From contig JBBEAX010000085.1 of assembly GCA_040882645.1 (NCBI GenBank), positions 148,801 to 212,800 of the forward strand: a DNA stretch of 64,000 nucleotides. The letters are read 5' to 3'. This document shows, piece after piece, positions 1 through 10,242 of this stretch; the first letter of the stretch is position 1; each line of letters opens with the position of its first letter. Position numbers and translations under genes: made by a program. The stretch is from Acidimicrobiia bacterium. Lineage in GTDB: Bacteria > Actinomycetota > Acidimicrobiia > Spongiisociales > UBA11373. The notes under the pieces are model-generated. The model was not told the DNA's origin, made no database searches, and saw only the letters and a program-made list of their open reading frames with translations.

Positions 1-844
1 GCCACAGCGACCGGAAGGCCAACCCGTCGAAGACCCGGCGCACCTCCTGGGGGTCCCAGGGGGCAAGCGCCATCGCACTCGGATCGACATCGATGGGGAC
101 GTCGTCGACCAGGCGGGTGAGGTCGCGGTTCAAGTACACCTGCTCGCGCGACGCCTCGAGGTTCTCCCGGAGTTTCGGGGTCAGCTCGGCCAGGTGCTCG
201 TAGATTCCCTCGAGCCCCCCGTACCCCGCCACCAGCTTCGCTGCGGTCTTCTCCCCCACCCCCGGCACCCCGGGAAGGTTGTCCGACGAGTCGCCCCGCA
301 GGGCGGCGTAGTCGGCGTACTGATCCGGGCGCACCCCGTAACGCTCCTCCACATATTCCGCGTCGGCCACGATCGTGTCGGTGATCCCCCGGCGGGTGTA
401 ATAGACCCGGATCGTGCCCTCGATCAGTTGGAAGGCGTCGCGGTCCCCCGTGACGATCAGCACGTCCCAGCCATCGGCAGCCGCCTTGCGGGCGATGGTG
501 GCGATGATGTCGTCGGCCTCCCAGCCGGGCGCCTCGAATTGCTTGAAGTTGAGCACATCGGCCACCTCGCGGATCAGCGGCAGCTGACTGCGGAACAGGT
601 CGGGCGCTGCAGCGCGTTGCGCCTTGTATTCCACGTATCGCTCCGAGCGAAAGGTCGCCGTCGGAGTGTCCCACGCCACTGCCAGCGCCTCGGGATGCTC
701 GTCACCGAGCAGCTTGATGATCATCGAGGTGAAGCCGTAGACCGCGTTTGTCACCTGCCCGCTCGGGGTCGCCAGATCCGACGGGAGTGCAAAAAAGGCG
801 CGATACGCCAGCGAGTGACCGTCGATCAAGGCGAGGGTGGGCAT
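1..844 (-). CDS. polA: DNA polymerase I, N-terminal 5'-3' exonuclease domain (partial; continues beyond window start)
   Basis: Reverse-strand translation from the ATG (complement of 842-844) reads MPTLALIDGHSLAYRAFFAL...GDSSDNLPGVPGVGEKTA, the classic Pol I 5'-nuclease N-terminus. There is no stop before position 1. Confidence 0.85.
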   Translation of the reverse strand, partial: MPTLALIDGHSLAYRAFFALPSDLATPSGQVTNAVYGFTSMIIKLLGDEHPEALAVAWDTPTATFRSERYVEYKAQRAAAPDLFRSQLPLIREVADVLNFKQFEAPGWEADDIIATIARKAAADGWDVLIVTGDRDAFQLIEGTIRVYYTRRGITDTIVADAEYVEERYGVRPDQYADYAALRGDSSDNLPGVPGVGEKTAAKLVAGYGGLEGIYEHLAELTPKLRENLEASREQVYLNRDLTRLVDDVPIDVDPSAMALAPWDPQEVRRVFDGLAFRSLW

Positions 845-967
845 TGGGCGCGATGGTAGGTGGCCTTGCGTGAGCGATCAGCTAGCGAGTGGGGGCGCGA
901 TGGGCGAAAGGCGAAAGGCGAAACCTCGCCCGGGGCCTTCGCGCGATCGGCGAGGCCGGATGGGATA

Positions 968-1070
968 CAAGAGTCAAGAATCAAGACTCACGATCCTGGC
1001 TCTTGGTTCTCGGTTCTTGATTCTTGGTTCTTGATTCTTGGTTCTTGGCCGTTGGCCGTTGGCTGTTGGC
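968..1070. repeat. Intergenic palindromic/tandem repeat: CAAGAG/TCAAGA hexamer units inverted against TCTTGG/TTCTTG units, followed by (CCGTTGG)x3
   Basis: Read directly: caagagtcaagaatcaagactca...ggctcttggttctcggttcttgattcttggttcttgattcttggttcttggccgttggccgttggctgttggc. Confidence 0.6.
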
Positions 1071-1073
1071 TTT

Positions 1074-1388
1074 CTACATCCGGTCGACCAGCCTGCGGCG
1101 CTGTTCTTCCAGACGGGACTCCTGGGATCGCAGGTCGACGAGCAGGCGTTCGAATCGGTTGACGTCGCCGGAGGTGATGCGGGCGTCCTCCCGCTCGATC
1201 GGGCCCCCGACCGCCGCATCGCGGCGGGCGTCGTCGTCGAGATGCTGGTGGATGCGCAGCTCCTCCTCGGTCAGGCGGACCTGCTCGCGCAGTTGCTCCA
1301 ACTCGTCGGAGATACGGAGGATCCGACGCTCGATGCGCCTCATCGTCGGCAACCTAACAGTGGCGAGGGTGCGACCGGCCCGTATCAT
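1074..1388 (-). CDS. Small coiled-coil hypothetical protein
   Basis: 104-aa ORF with strong GC3 bias and a charged heptad-like sequence (RIERRILRISDELEQLREQVRLTEEELR). An alternative start is at Met16. It lies divergent from tRNA-Leu. Confidence 0.45.
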   Translation of the reverse strand: MIRAGRTLATVRLPTMRRIERRILRISDELEQLREQVRLTEEELRIHQHLDDDARRDAAVGGPIEREDARITSGDVNRFERLLVDLRSQESRLEEQRRRLVDRM

Positions 1389-1398
1389 CGTGCCTCGC

Positions 1399-1481
1399 GC
1401 CGGGGTGGCGGAATGGCAGACGCGGCGGACTCAAAATCCGTTGGGCGCAAGCCCGTGGGGGTTCGACTCCCCCTCCCGGCA
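1399..1481 (+). tRNA. tRNA-Leu (anticodon CAA), long variable arm, CCA not encoded
   Basis: Manually folded. Acceptor stem GCCGGGG/TCCCGGC, anticodon stem GCGGA/TCCGT with loop CTCAAAA, long variable arm, T-arm GGGGG-TTCGACT-CCCCC, discriminator A. Confidence 0.85.
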
Positions 1482-1485
1482 CAAG

Positions 1486-1548
1486 GAGATTCAAGAGCCA
1501 AGAGTCGAGATTCAAAGTCTTGGCTCTTGAATCTCGACTCTTGGCTCA
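1486..1548. repeat. Perfect 18-bp inverted repeat (gagattcaagagccaaga / tcttggctcttgaatctc) immediately 3' of tRNA-Leu; same CAAGAGCCAAG family; terminator-like
   Basis: Read directly. Loop is 14 nt. A second partial copy (gactcttggctcag) follows. Confidence 0.6.
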
Positions 1549-3249
1549 GCTGTACCTGTTGGTGATCGGCAACCTGCGGTCGCGGCCCAAAGCCTTCGTG
1601 GTGATCTTGACACCTGGAGCAGCCTGGCGGCGCTTGTACTCGTTGCGGTCGACCATCCGGGTGATCCGCTTCACCAACGCACGATCGAACCCCGAGGCGA
1701 CGATCTCGTCTGCGGTCTGGTCGCCCTCGATGTAGCGCATGAGGATCGGGTCGAGTACGTCGTAGGGCGGAAGCGAATCGGTGTCGACCTGATTCGGTCG
1801 GAGCTCGGCCGACGGCGGCTTCTCGAGCACCGCCTCGGGAATGACCGACCCTTCGCGGTTTCGCCACCGGGCGATCCGATACAGATGGGTCTTGTAGATG
1901 TCCTTCAACACCGCGTATCCGCCCACCATGTCTCCGTACAGCGTCGCGTAGCCCACCGACATCTCCGACTTGTTCCCGGTGGCCACGACCATGCCCCCGA
2001 ACTTGTTGGAGAGCGCCATGAGAATCGCCCCGCGAGCCCGGGCCTGCAGGTTCTCCTCGGTGACGTCTTCGCCGGTTTCCTGGAACACCCCCGACAGGGC
2101 CTCGAGAAAGCCTTCAAACGGCGGCTCGATAGAGATCTCGTCGAACCGGATGCCCAGGTTCCCGGCGAGTTCACGAGAATCGGCCACCGACCCTTCCGAC
2201 GAGTAACGCGATGGCATGGTCACCCCCCACACCGCCTCGGGCCCGAGGGCGTCCGCGGCGATGACGGCGGTCAGAGAGGAGTCGATCCCCCCGGAGAGAC
2301 CGATGACGACGGAATCGAACCCGTTCTTTCGCACGTAGCCCCGCAGCCCCGCCACCAGTGCCCGATACACCTCGGCATCCTCTTCGAGGGATGCGTGCGA
2401 GGGCGGTGGTGGCTCGGGGTCGCCTTCGAGCAGGTCGCCAGACGATACAGGCAACGCGTCGACATCGGCCCGACCCGACTCGGGAAGCGGCACATCCACC
2501 CAGAAGAGGTCCTCCTCGAACTGGGGCGCCCGGTAGAGGAGGTCGCCCCCGGCGGCGAACACCATGCTCTGGCCGTCGAAGACCAGTTCGTCCTGCCCGC
2601 CGACGGAGTTGAGGTACACCACGGGCACGCCGTAGGCCCGGGCCCGCTCGGCGATCATCCGCTCACGCTCCACCCCCTTGCCCTGGTGGTAGGGCGAGCC
2701 GTTGATGTTGAGCAGGATGTCGGCGCCGCCCTTGGCTTGCAGCGAAGGGGGGCCATCGGGCACCCAGATGTCCTCGCAAACCGACACGCCGACGACGGCG
2801 CCGTTGATCTCCCACAGCGACCCGGGGCGTTGGCCGGCCGAGAAGTAGCGGTCTTCGTCGAATACGCCGTAGTTGGGGAGTAGACACTTGTGATAGATAC
2901 CGCGCACCCGGCCTCCGCTGACCAGGGCAGCCGCGTTGTGCACCCGGCGGTGGCCGGCGTCGTCGCGGTTCGTTCCGCCCGACCGGTCGACGAACCCGAT
3001 CACCGACGTCGTCGACCCGGAGCGCTCGGCGATGGTCCGAAGTTCGGCGATATTGGCCGACACGAAGCCGTCCCGAAGGACGAGGTCCTCGGGAGGATAC
3101 CCGGTGAGGGCCAATTCGGGAAGGAGCAGCACGTCTGCCTGGCAATCCTCGGCCCAGGCCATTGCCTCGACGATGCGGGATGCGTTGCCGTCGAGGTCAC
3201 CGACCACCAGGTCGATCTGCGCACAGGCAACGCGGAGGAAGTCGGTCAT
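1546..3249 (-). CDS. nadE: Glutamine-dependent NAD+ synthetase (C-N hydrolase domain + NAD synthase domain)
   Basis: 567 aa. N-terminal nitrilase-like domain, and a C-terminal domain with the SGGIDSS P-loop of NAD synthetase. Confidence 0.9.
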   Translation of the reverse strand: MTDFLRVACAQIDLVVGDLDGNASRIVEAMAWAEDCQADVLLLPELALTGYPPEDLVLRDGFVSANIAELRTIAERSGSTTSVIGFVDRSGGTNRDDAGHRRVHNAAALVSGGRVRGIYHKCLLPNYGVFDEDRYFSAGQRPGSLWEINGAVVGVSVCEDIWVPDGPPSLQAKGGADILLNINGSPYHQGKGVERERMIAERARAYGVPVVYLNSVGGQDELVFDGQSMVFAAGGDLLYRAPQFEEDLFWVDVPLPESGRADVDALPVSSGDLLEGDPEPPPPSHASLEEDAEVYRALVAGLRGYVRKNGFDSVVIGLSGGIDSSLTAVIAADALGPEAVWGVTMPSRYSSEGSVADSRELAGNLGIRFDEISIEPPFEGFLEALSGVFQETGEDVTEENLQARARGAILMALSNKFGGMVVATGNKSEMSVGYATLYGDMVGGYAVLKDIYKTHLYRIARWRNREGSVIPEAVLEKPPSAELRPNQVDTDSLPPYDVLDPILMRYIEGDQTADEIVASGFDRALVKRITRMVDRNEYKRRQAAPGVKITTKALGRDRRLPITNRYS

Positions 3250-3268
3250 GCGCGCCGGAGGGTAACCA

Positions 3269-3325
3269 CAGAGTCAAGAGTCAAGAGCCAAGGCGAGGGC
3301 TCTTGACCTTGGCTCTTGATTCTTG
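3269..3325. repeat. CAAGAGCCAAG-family palindrome between the nadE start and the histidine kinase stop
   Basis: agagtcaagagtcaagagccaagg cgagggctcttga ccttggctcttgattcttg. It is a 13-bp perfect stem plus nested arms. Confidence 0.6.
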
Positions 3326-4693
3326 CTACTCGAGGAGGACCCGGATGCTCGTCCCTTCGCCGGGAGCGCTCTCCACTTCGGTGGTGCCACCCATCGCTTC
3401 GACCAGCTCGCGAACGATGGACAAACCCAGGCCACTGCCTTCGGGTCGCACCGGTCGATACCGGGTCGCCACGTAGAGGCGCTCGAAGATGTGTGGGACG
3501 TCCGATTGATCCACCCCGGGCCCGGAGTCCGCCACTTCGATCATGAGGCCGGAGGGTCGCCGCTCGAGTCGCAGGGTCACGCTTCCCGCCTCGGGGGTGT
3601 AGCGCAGCGCGTTCTCCAGCAGATTGCCCACCACCTGGGCAATGCGATCGGGGTCGATCTCCACCGCGCCGACATCCGCCAGATCGAAGTCGAGGCTGAC
3701 CCGCGCCGAGTCGGCACGCTCACGAAAGCCTTCGAGCACGCCTTTGAGATGGCCGGCGAGGTCCACCGGTTCGGGACGAAGGCTGAACTCCCGCGCCTCG
3801 ATCCGCGCCAACAGCATCAGGTCTTCGACCAGTCGGCTGAGCCGGGATGCCTCGATCCGCAGCACCGAGGCGACTCGCGCCATCTCCTCCTGGGTGACCC
3901 GTCCTTCCTGGATCGCCTCGGAATACCCGGTGATCGTCGTCAGCGGAGTGCGGAGATCGTGGCCGACAGAGACCAGGAACTCTCGCTCCCGGCGGCGGGA
4001 CGCCTCGAGCTGTTTGGCCATCTCGTTGAACGCCACCGCCACCTGGGCGACCTCGTCATCGCCGTCGACCTCGACTCTGGCGCCGAGATCGCCGCCGGCG
4101 ATGTCACCCGAGGCGTCCCGCAGCGCCTCGAGGCGCCGCCCGGCGAATCGAGCGAACGATCCCGCCAGCACCGCAGCCAGGAGCACCGCCAGCACCATTG
4201 CCCAAGCGAGTCGTAACAGCACCTCGCGCCACGGCACCAGCTCGAGGGTGGTGCCGATCACGACCACCACCGTGCCCCGGTTCCCGGTGGCGAAAGGCTG
4301 GGCGACCACGGCCACCTTCGTCCCGTCGACCGTCGCGTCGAAATGAAGGGGGGCGCCGAGATCCCCAAGATCGGGAACGAGGTCGAGGAGTGCGGTGCCG
4401 TCGCCCAGGATGGTGACCGTCCCACGCGGCCCCACCAGCGCCGCCTCGACATAGTCGTGTCCCCCGATCGACGCGACAACTCCCAGCACCCCGGCAAGGC
4501 TGCGGGCCCCGAGCCCTGGAGTCCGGGCCAATTCGGCCTCGATTATTCGAGCGGTGGCGTTGGCCTGGCGAGCGAACTCGGACCTCACCGACGACTCGAC
4601 CGACCGGTTGATCAAGATGGCACCGGTCAGCCCCCCGATGGTCAACGTCACCAGAGCCACCCCCACCATCCCCCAGAAGAAGCGCCGCTTCAT
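3326..4693 (-). CDS. Two-component sensor histidine kinase (TM-HAMP-HisKA-HATPase)
   Basis: N-terminal TM helix; H-box SVGHDLRTPLTTITGY; G-boxes DSGPGVD and GSGLGLSIV. Confidence 0.85.
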   Translation of the reverse strand: MKRRFFWGMVGVALVTLTIGGLTGAILINRSVESSVRSEFARQANATARIIEAELARTPGLGARSLAGVLGVVASIGGHDYVEAALVGPRGTVTILGDGTALLDLVPDLGDLGAPLHFDATVDGTKVAVVAQPFATGNRGTVVVVIGTTLELVPWREVLLRLAWAMVLAVLLAAVLAGSFARFAGRRLEALRDASGDIAGGDLGARVEVDGDDEVAQVAVAFNEMAKQLEASRRREREFLVSVGHDLRTPLTTITGYSEAIQEGRVTQEEMARVASVLRIEASRLSRLVEDLMLLARIEAREFSLRPEPVDLAGHLKGVLEGFRERADSARVSLDFDLADVGAVEIDPDRIAQVVGNLLENALRYTPEAGSVTLRLERRPSGLMIEVADSGPGVDQSDVPHIFERLYVATRYRPVRPEGSGLGLSIVRELVEAMGGTTEVESAPGEGTSIRVLLE

Positions 4694-4805
4694 CCCAGTC
4701 CCCAGTCTCCAGTCCCCGGGCGGCCATTGGGCCGCCTAAGGCCGGCCTTCAGCCGGCCCAGCCCCCAGCAAGAACGAGCATCGCGGATCCGGTCACCCAC
4801 TCGAT

Positions 4806-4840
4806 TCTTGCGGGTGGCGGGTAGCGGGAGGCGGGAGGCG
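4806..4840. repeat. GCGGG(T/A)AGCGGG-family repeat in the response regulator / histidine kinase spacer
   Basis: ttcttgcgggtggcgggtagcgggaggcgggaggcg. Same family as the copies at 24906, 25241-25483 and 29298. Confidence 0.5.
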
Positions 4841-4844
4841 AGCA

Positions 4845-5522
<678 letters not shown>

Positions 5523-5567
5523 CGCGCCAGCTCCATGAGGGGATCTTCGGAAACGATTGTTAGAGAT

Positions 5568-6524
5568 CTATGAGACATCGACTGCGAAGTCGTCTAGTGG
5601 GAGTGCCCGCACCTCTGCCGAGGCGGCACCACCGGGCCATCGAATCTCCACCTCGGTACCAGGTTCGATCTCCCGCCTCACCGTCCCGAGGGCGATGGGT
5701 GCCCGCAGGGTCAGGGACTCACCGACAGATGAGAGCGCCCCGACCACATCACCGCCGTGGACGACATCTGCTCCCACCGGCGGGACGACCGTCTCACGCA
5801 ACACGATGCCGCGGAGGAGGCGATTCACATGGCCCCGTGAATCGATCCGGGCAACGAGTTCCTGGCCGACATAACAACCCTTGGTGAAGGAGACCGCGGC
5901 GGGAACCAGTCCCGTCTCCTGGGGAATGGTCACTTCGGTCGCATCCTGGCCCATTACCGGTTCGCCGGCCTCGATGCGCACGGTGGTCGCCGCGATCGAG
6001 CCGATGGGGCGGGCGCCCGCCAGGTCGGCTCCGCCGACGACGAGGAACCGAGGAACTCCGACCGGAATCGAGGCGACGACCGCGCCGTCGGCTGCCACCG
6101 CCCATCCCTCCGGGACCGGCAAACCTGCGTTCGCCAGCACCGTCGGCGTCTCGGGTCCCCACAAGGCCGCGATCGGTCGATCGTCGAGTGTTATGGCCGC
6201 GTCGACTCGAAAGCGAAACCGTTCGAGGAGCGTCGACGCCGTCAGGCCCACTCCGCGGTCTGCCACCAGGCCGACCCGGTCGGCACCCATCAGCACCCAG
6301 AGGATCGCTCGCAACTTCCCGCGGGGTTCGAGCAGGAACGATCGCGCCACTTCACCGGGCTTCATCGCGCCGAGGTCCTGAGTCAGTTGGCCGTCGAGAA
6401 ACCGGACTGCGTCAGGTCCGTCGACCCAGATCAGATCATGCGATCCCTGCAGCACCGCCGCCCCCCGGCGAGCCGCAAAATACTCGCCGGTGGTGTCGCC
6501 GTAAGAGAGGGGCGTCGCGGTCAT
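5568..6524 (-). CDS. ygfZ: YgfZ/GcvT-like folate-binding protein (aminomethyltransferase fold)
   Basis: 318 aa, GcvT-like N-terminal domain pattern (DLIWVDGPDAVRFLDGQLTQD). Confidence 0.7.
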   Translation of the reverse strand: MTATPLSYGDTTGEYFAARRGAAVLQGSHDLIWVDGPDAVRFLDGQLTQDLGAMKPGEVARSFLLEPRGKLRAILWVLMGADRVGLVADRGVGLTASTLLERFRFRVDAAITLDDRPIAALWGPETPTVLANAGLPVPEGWAVAADGAVVASIPVGVPRFLVVGGADLAGARPIGSIAATTVRIEAGEPVMGQDATEVTIPQETGLVPAAVSFTKGCYVGQELVARIDSRGHVNRLLRGIVLRETVVPPVGADVVHGGDVVGALSSVGESLTLRAPIALGTVRREIEPGTEVEIRWPGGAASAEVRALPLDDFAVDVS

Positions 6525-6582
6525 CGGTTGACCGGCCGCGAGTGAAGGTTCCCCGGAAGAGTCTCCACTTCGTGCCCGGGCT

Positions 6583-7329
6583 TCATACGTTCCACAACCA
6601 TTTCGGGAGAACCCGCTGGAACCAGATGTTGAGGTCGATCAACCGGCCGGAGATCATCAGCACGCCGAACACCGCAAGGAGCAGACCCGAGGCCACCGTG
6701 ATCGGCGTGAAGTGGCGTTTGAACCACCCGAAAGCCCCATAGGCCTTGTTGATGCCAAGCCCGGCGAGCACAAAGGGGACGCCGAGCCCCATCGAGTAGA
6801 CAAAGAGCAGGAACATGCCCTCCCCCACAGTGTCCTCGGTGGCGGCCACCGTGAGGATTGCCCCCAACGTCGGCCCGATGCATGGGGTCCATCCGAAGCC
6901 GAACGCCGCCCCCATCACCGGCGCGGCCCACGAGCCGAGTCGTGAGGGCCTGACGTCGACCCGGCGCTCGCGCATGAACGGAGCGAGCAGCCGGGGATTG
7001 ATGAGCGCCGAAAGGGCAATGAACAGACCCATCCCCAGGACGATCCACCCGGCAACGGCGAGGATCGTGCTCTCGTTGCGAACCAGCAGCCCGCGCAGCG
7101 ACGTGGCCGTGGCCCCGAGGGCGACAAAGACGGCGGTGAACCCGGCGACGAACAGCAGGGTCACCCGCAGCATTCGCCGGGTCGACACCTTCCCGTCCGC
7201 CATGTCCGCCGCCGAGTAGCCGGACATCATCGACAGGTAGCCCGGCAGCAGCGGGAGGACGCACGGCGACAAGAACGAGAGCGCTCCGAAGAGGAAGGCC
7301 GCGATCACATTGACGTTGCCGATGTCCAT
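6583..7329 (-). CDS. ccdA: Cytochrome c-type biogenesis protein CcdA (DsbD transmembrane domain)
   Basis: Six TM helices, with Cys pairs in TM1 (LSPCVLPLLPGY) and TM4 (GWTPCIGPTLG). Confidence 0.8.
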   Translation of the reverse strand: MDIGNVNVIAAFLFGALSFLSPCVLPLLPGYLSMMSGYSAADMADGKVSTRRMLRVTLLFVAGFTAVFVALGATATSLRGLLVRNESTILAVAGWIVLGMGLFIALSALINPRLLAPFMRERRVDVRPSRLGSWAAPVMGAAFGFGWTPCIGPTLGAILTVAATEDTVGEGMFLLFVYSMGLGVPFVLAGLGINKAYGAFGWFKRHFTPITVASGLLLAVFGVLMISGRLIDLNIWFQRVLPKWLWNV

Positions 7330-7395
7330 GATGTCTCCGCGCTCTGCCCGCCAACGCTAACGGACGCCCCTCTCGTTCCCGGTAACCTCCCGGCG

Positions 7396-7722
7396 GTGCC
7401 CACCATCAGTGACTGGCACGAACTCAAAGTCCGCGCGGGGACGATCAAACGTGCCGAGAAGAACGCCGGAGCACGAATGCCGTCGTATCGCCTCTGGATC
7501 GACTTCGGCGACCTGGGCGAACTGCAGTCGTCGGCGAAGATCACCGACCGCTACAGCCCTGACGAGCTGCCTGGCATGCAGGTGATCGCCGTGACCGGTT
7601 TCGAACCGATCAGGGTCGCCGGCTTTCGGTCGGACGTGCTGGTGCTTGGCGTTCTCACCGAGGACGGGGTCGTATTGCTCCGCCCCGATCGGCCCGTGGC
7701 GCCGGGCAGCGAGATCGCCTGA
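7396..7722 (+). CDS. csaA: tRNA-binding protein (CsaA/Trbp111 family, EMAP-type OB fold)
   Basis: 108 aa with a DWHELKVRAGTI...VAVTGFEPIRVAGFRSDVLVLGV pattern typical of CsaA. Confidence 0.7.
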   Translation: MPTISDWHELKVRAGTIKRAEKNAGARMPSYRLWIDFGDLGELQSSAKITDRYSPDELPGMQVIAVTGFEPIRVAGFRSDVLVLGVLTEDGVVLLRPDRPVAPGSEIA

Positions 7723-7724
7723 CG

Positions 7725-8981
7725 GTGGGGCTGCTCCAGGCGCTCCGACCCGCCGTTCGGATCGAGCATCGCGAAGCAGTGATTCTCACGCTGTTCTCGG
7801 TGGTGGCCCTCACCCAGGGTTGGGCAGGTACCGTCGTCACCCACGCCCTGTCGTTCGTTCAGACCGACCTGGCCCTTTCCGACGCGGAAGTCTTCGACCT
7901 GATGGCCACCATCCGCGCCGCGTCCCTGCTTGCGCTGGGTCTGTCGTGGTGGAGCGATCATCGAGGTCGTCGCCTTCCCTTGTTGGTGGCGTTCGCCATC
8001 CTCACCTCGGCGAATCTGGTGACAGCGCTGCTTCCGGGGACCAGCTCCTTCACCATCAGCCAGGCCATTGCCCGCATCGGCACCGTTGCCGTCGGCTCGC
8101 TGGCCCTGATCGTCCTCGCCGAGGAGATCGGCCCCCGGATTCGCGGATACGCCATCGGTCTGTACGCGCTGTTCACCTCGCTCGGGACTGGTGTCGGCCT
8201 GTTGCTCCGCCCATTCGGCGCCGGCGGCGATGAGTGGCGCCTCCTCTTCGGGCTGAGCGCGGTGCCACTGGTCGCGCTCCCCTTCCTGGCACGCCGGGTT
8301 CGAGAGTCGCGCGCATTCCAGGTCCCGGCCACCCGTCCCCCGCTGGCGGCCGTGTTTCGTCGCGGCCATGCCGCCCGCTTCTGGCCGATGGCGCTGCTGT
8401 CATTCGCCATATCCGCATTCACCGCCCCGACCGCGAACCTTCTGCTGGTTCGCCTCGAGAACGTGCTGGGCTGGTCGCCCGGCTCGGCCTCATTGCTGCT
8501 CGCCGCCACGAGCGCACCCGGGGTAGCGATAGGCCTCCTCGCCGGCGGCAGACTCGCCGATGTCGCCGGCAGACGGCCAACCGAAGCCGTAGCGATTCTC
8601 ATCGGTGTCACCGGCGGCGTCGGCGTGTATTTCGCCGAGACTGGTCCGCTGCTTGGCATAGGTATCTTTCTGTCGACCCTGGGGGGATCGGCGTTCGGAC
8701 CAGCATTCGCGTCCCAACGGTCCGAGCTCTTCCCGACCGACCTTCGAGCCACCGCGGGGGCCTGGATCGTCAACGCCAGCGTCCTCGGCGGCATCACCGG
8801 ATTCGCCGCGGGGCGGTTTGCCGTCGACGCGTGGGGCGTCCCGCAAACGATCGCCCTCCTCGGGGGATTTCTGCTGGTGTCGAGCGCCGCGATCGCGCTG
8901 CTCCCGGAGACGAAGGGAATCAGCCTCGTACCGGATTCGCAAACGGGCCCTGCCGAGCCGCCCGTCTCCATGCCAGGGTGA
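7725..8981 (+). CDS. MFS transporter
   Basis: 418 aa, 12 predicted TM helices, MFS signature-like GRRLPLL loop. Confidence 0.75.
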   Translation: MGLLQALRPAVRIEHREAVILTLFSVVALTQGWAGTVVTHALSFVQTDLALSDAEVFDLMATIRAASLLALGLSWWSDHRGRRLPLLVAFAILTSANLVTALLPGTSSFTISQAIARIGTVAVGSLALIVLAEEIGPRIRGYAIGLYALFTSLGTGVGLLLRPFGAGGDEWRLLFGLSAVPLVALPFLARRVRESRAFQVPATRPPLAAVFRRGHAARFWPMALLSFAISAFTAPTANLLLVRLENVLGWSPGSASLLLAATSAPGVAIGLLAGGRLADVAGRRPTEAVAILIGVTGGVGVYFAETGPLLGIGIFLSTLGGSAFGPAFASQRSELFPTDLRATAGAWIVNASVLGGITGFAAGRFAVDAWGVPQTIALLGGFLLVSSAAIALLPETKGISLVPDSQTGPAEPPVSMPG

Positions 8982-10242
8982 GGCCGCGTAGCCCCAGGAG
9001 AGCGCCGAGCGACCACCACACGCCATCGAGTCCCCAATCGAATGGCAGCACCAGTCCGAGCAACCCGACCGCGATGGCCGACGACACCACCATGGCGATC
9101 GCGAGGAATCCGAAGTCGCCGGCACCGATGAACACGCCGTCCCAGACGAATACCACTGCCGCGACCGGTTGCATCAGCACGAGAATGGTGAAGGCGCTTT
9201 CGATCGCCTCGCGGGTCGCCGGGTCCGAGGTGAACCATCCGGCAACGAACGGCCCGACCGCCCATAGGACCATGGTCGCCACTACCCCCACTGCCACCCC
9301 GATCACCAACAGGCGGTCTGCGACCTCTCGGGCCGCCACCCGGTCACCCGACCCCAGCACCCGCGCCACCAACGCCTGGGCGGCGATGGCCAACGCGTCG
9401 AGCCCGAGCGCCAGGAAGAGGAACAGCTGGGACACCACTTGATGTGCCGCCACGGCGACGTCCGACACCCGGGTGGCGATCGCCGTTGCCATGGTGAAGG
9501 TGGCCAGCAGTGCCCCGGTACGGATCGCCAGATCCCGTCCCACCCGCAGGAATCGACGCACCTCGTCCGCGACCGGTCGTGCGCCGACGAGGCCGTAGCG
9601 CGACCGTCCTCGCGCGAGCAGAGCGACGAACCAGCAAGCCCCGATCCACTGAGCAGTCACGGTTGCCCACGCCGCCCCGGCCACCCCCCAGTCGAACCCG
9701 AAGATGAGTATCGGGTCGAGAACGAGGTTGACCGCGTTGACCCCGAGAGCGACGACAAACGGCGTTCGGGTGTCCTGGTAGCCGCGGTAGGCGCCGTGGG
9801 CGGCCCGGCTGAGCAGCACCGCCGGCGCCGCCAGGGCACGGATGCCGATATACGTCATCGCACCCGACCTCACCCCACCGGTGGCACCAAGCATCTCGAC
9901 GATCGGACCCCGGAAAAGCACCAGCGTGATGGCGACCGCCGAACCACACGCGACGCCGAGCACCCCGGCCGTGATCGTGGCGCGCCCGGCAGCCGCCAGA
10001 TCTCCCCTTCCGACCGCCCGCGCCACCTCCGTCGTCGTCCCGTACTCGAGGAAGTTGAAGAGGAAGAACGCGAGGCCGAATACGGCTGCCGCCACCCCCA
10101 GCGCACCGAGGGCATCGGTGCCCACCCGGCCGATGAAGGCCGTGTCCACGAGGCTGAGAACCGGCTCGGCGATGAGGGACCCCAACGCCGGCACCGCCAG
10201 CGCGGCGATTGCCCGATCATGAGGCGACCGCCATCGGGTCAC
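8920..10242 (-). CDS. MATE-family efflux transporter
   Basis: 12 TM helices. N-terminus AIAALAVPALGSLIAEPVLSLVDTAFIGRVG is MATE-typical. The likely start is the GTG at 10242, which forms a GTGA overlap with the nth stop. The ORF track's longer N-extension is probably not translated. Confidence 0.75.
   Translation of the reverse strand: MTRWRSPHDRAIAALAVPALGSLIAEPVLSLVDTAFIGRVGTDALGALGVAAAVFGLAFFLFNFLEYGTTTEVARAVGRGDLAAAGRATITAGVLGVACGSAVAITLVLFRGPIVEMLGATGGVRSGAMTYIGIRALAAPAVLLSRAAHGAYRGYQDTRTPFVVALGVNAVNLVLDPILIFGFDWGVAGAAWATVTAQWIGACWFVALLARGRSRYGLVGARPVADEVRRFLRVGRDLAIRTGALLATFTMATAIATRVSDVAVAAHQVVSQLFLFLALGLDALAIAAQALVARVLGSGDRVAAREVADRLLVIGVAVGVVATMVLWAVGPFVAGWFTSDPATREAIESAFTILVLMQPVAAVVFVWDGVFIGAGDFGFLAIAMVVSSAIAVGLLGLVLPFDWGLDGVWWSLGALLGLRGLTLAWRRAARQGPFANPVRG

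Noticed and set aside
194-859. 221-aa + strand ORF (and many similar Arg/Pro-rich ORFs such as 1885-2883, 3323-4216, 17607-18344, 19959-21089, 25772-27100, 41814-42587)
   Set aside because: They lie antisense to or out of frame with strongly supported genes (polA, nadE, kinase, dnaE, ileS, murE). They have Arg/Pro/Gly-rich composition typical of off-frame translation of high-GC DNA and no recognisable motifs.
1038-1565. 175-aa + strand ORF spanning the tRNA-Leu gene
   Set aside because: It overlaps a well-folded tRNA and two repeat hairpins. The translation is low complexity.
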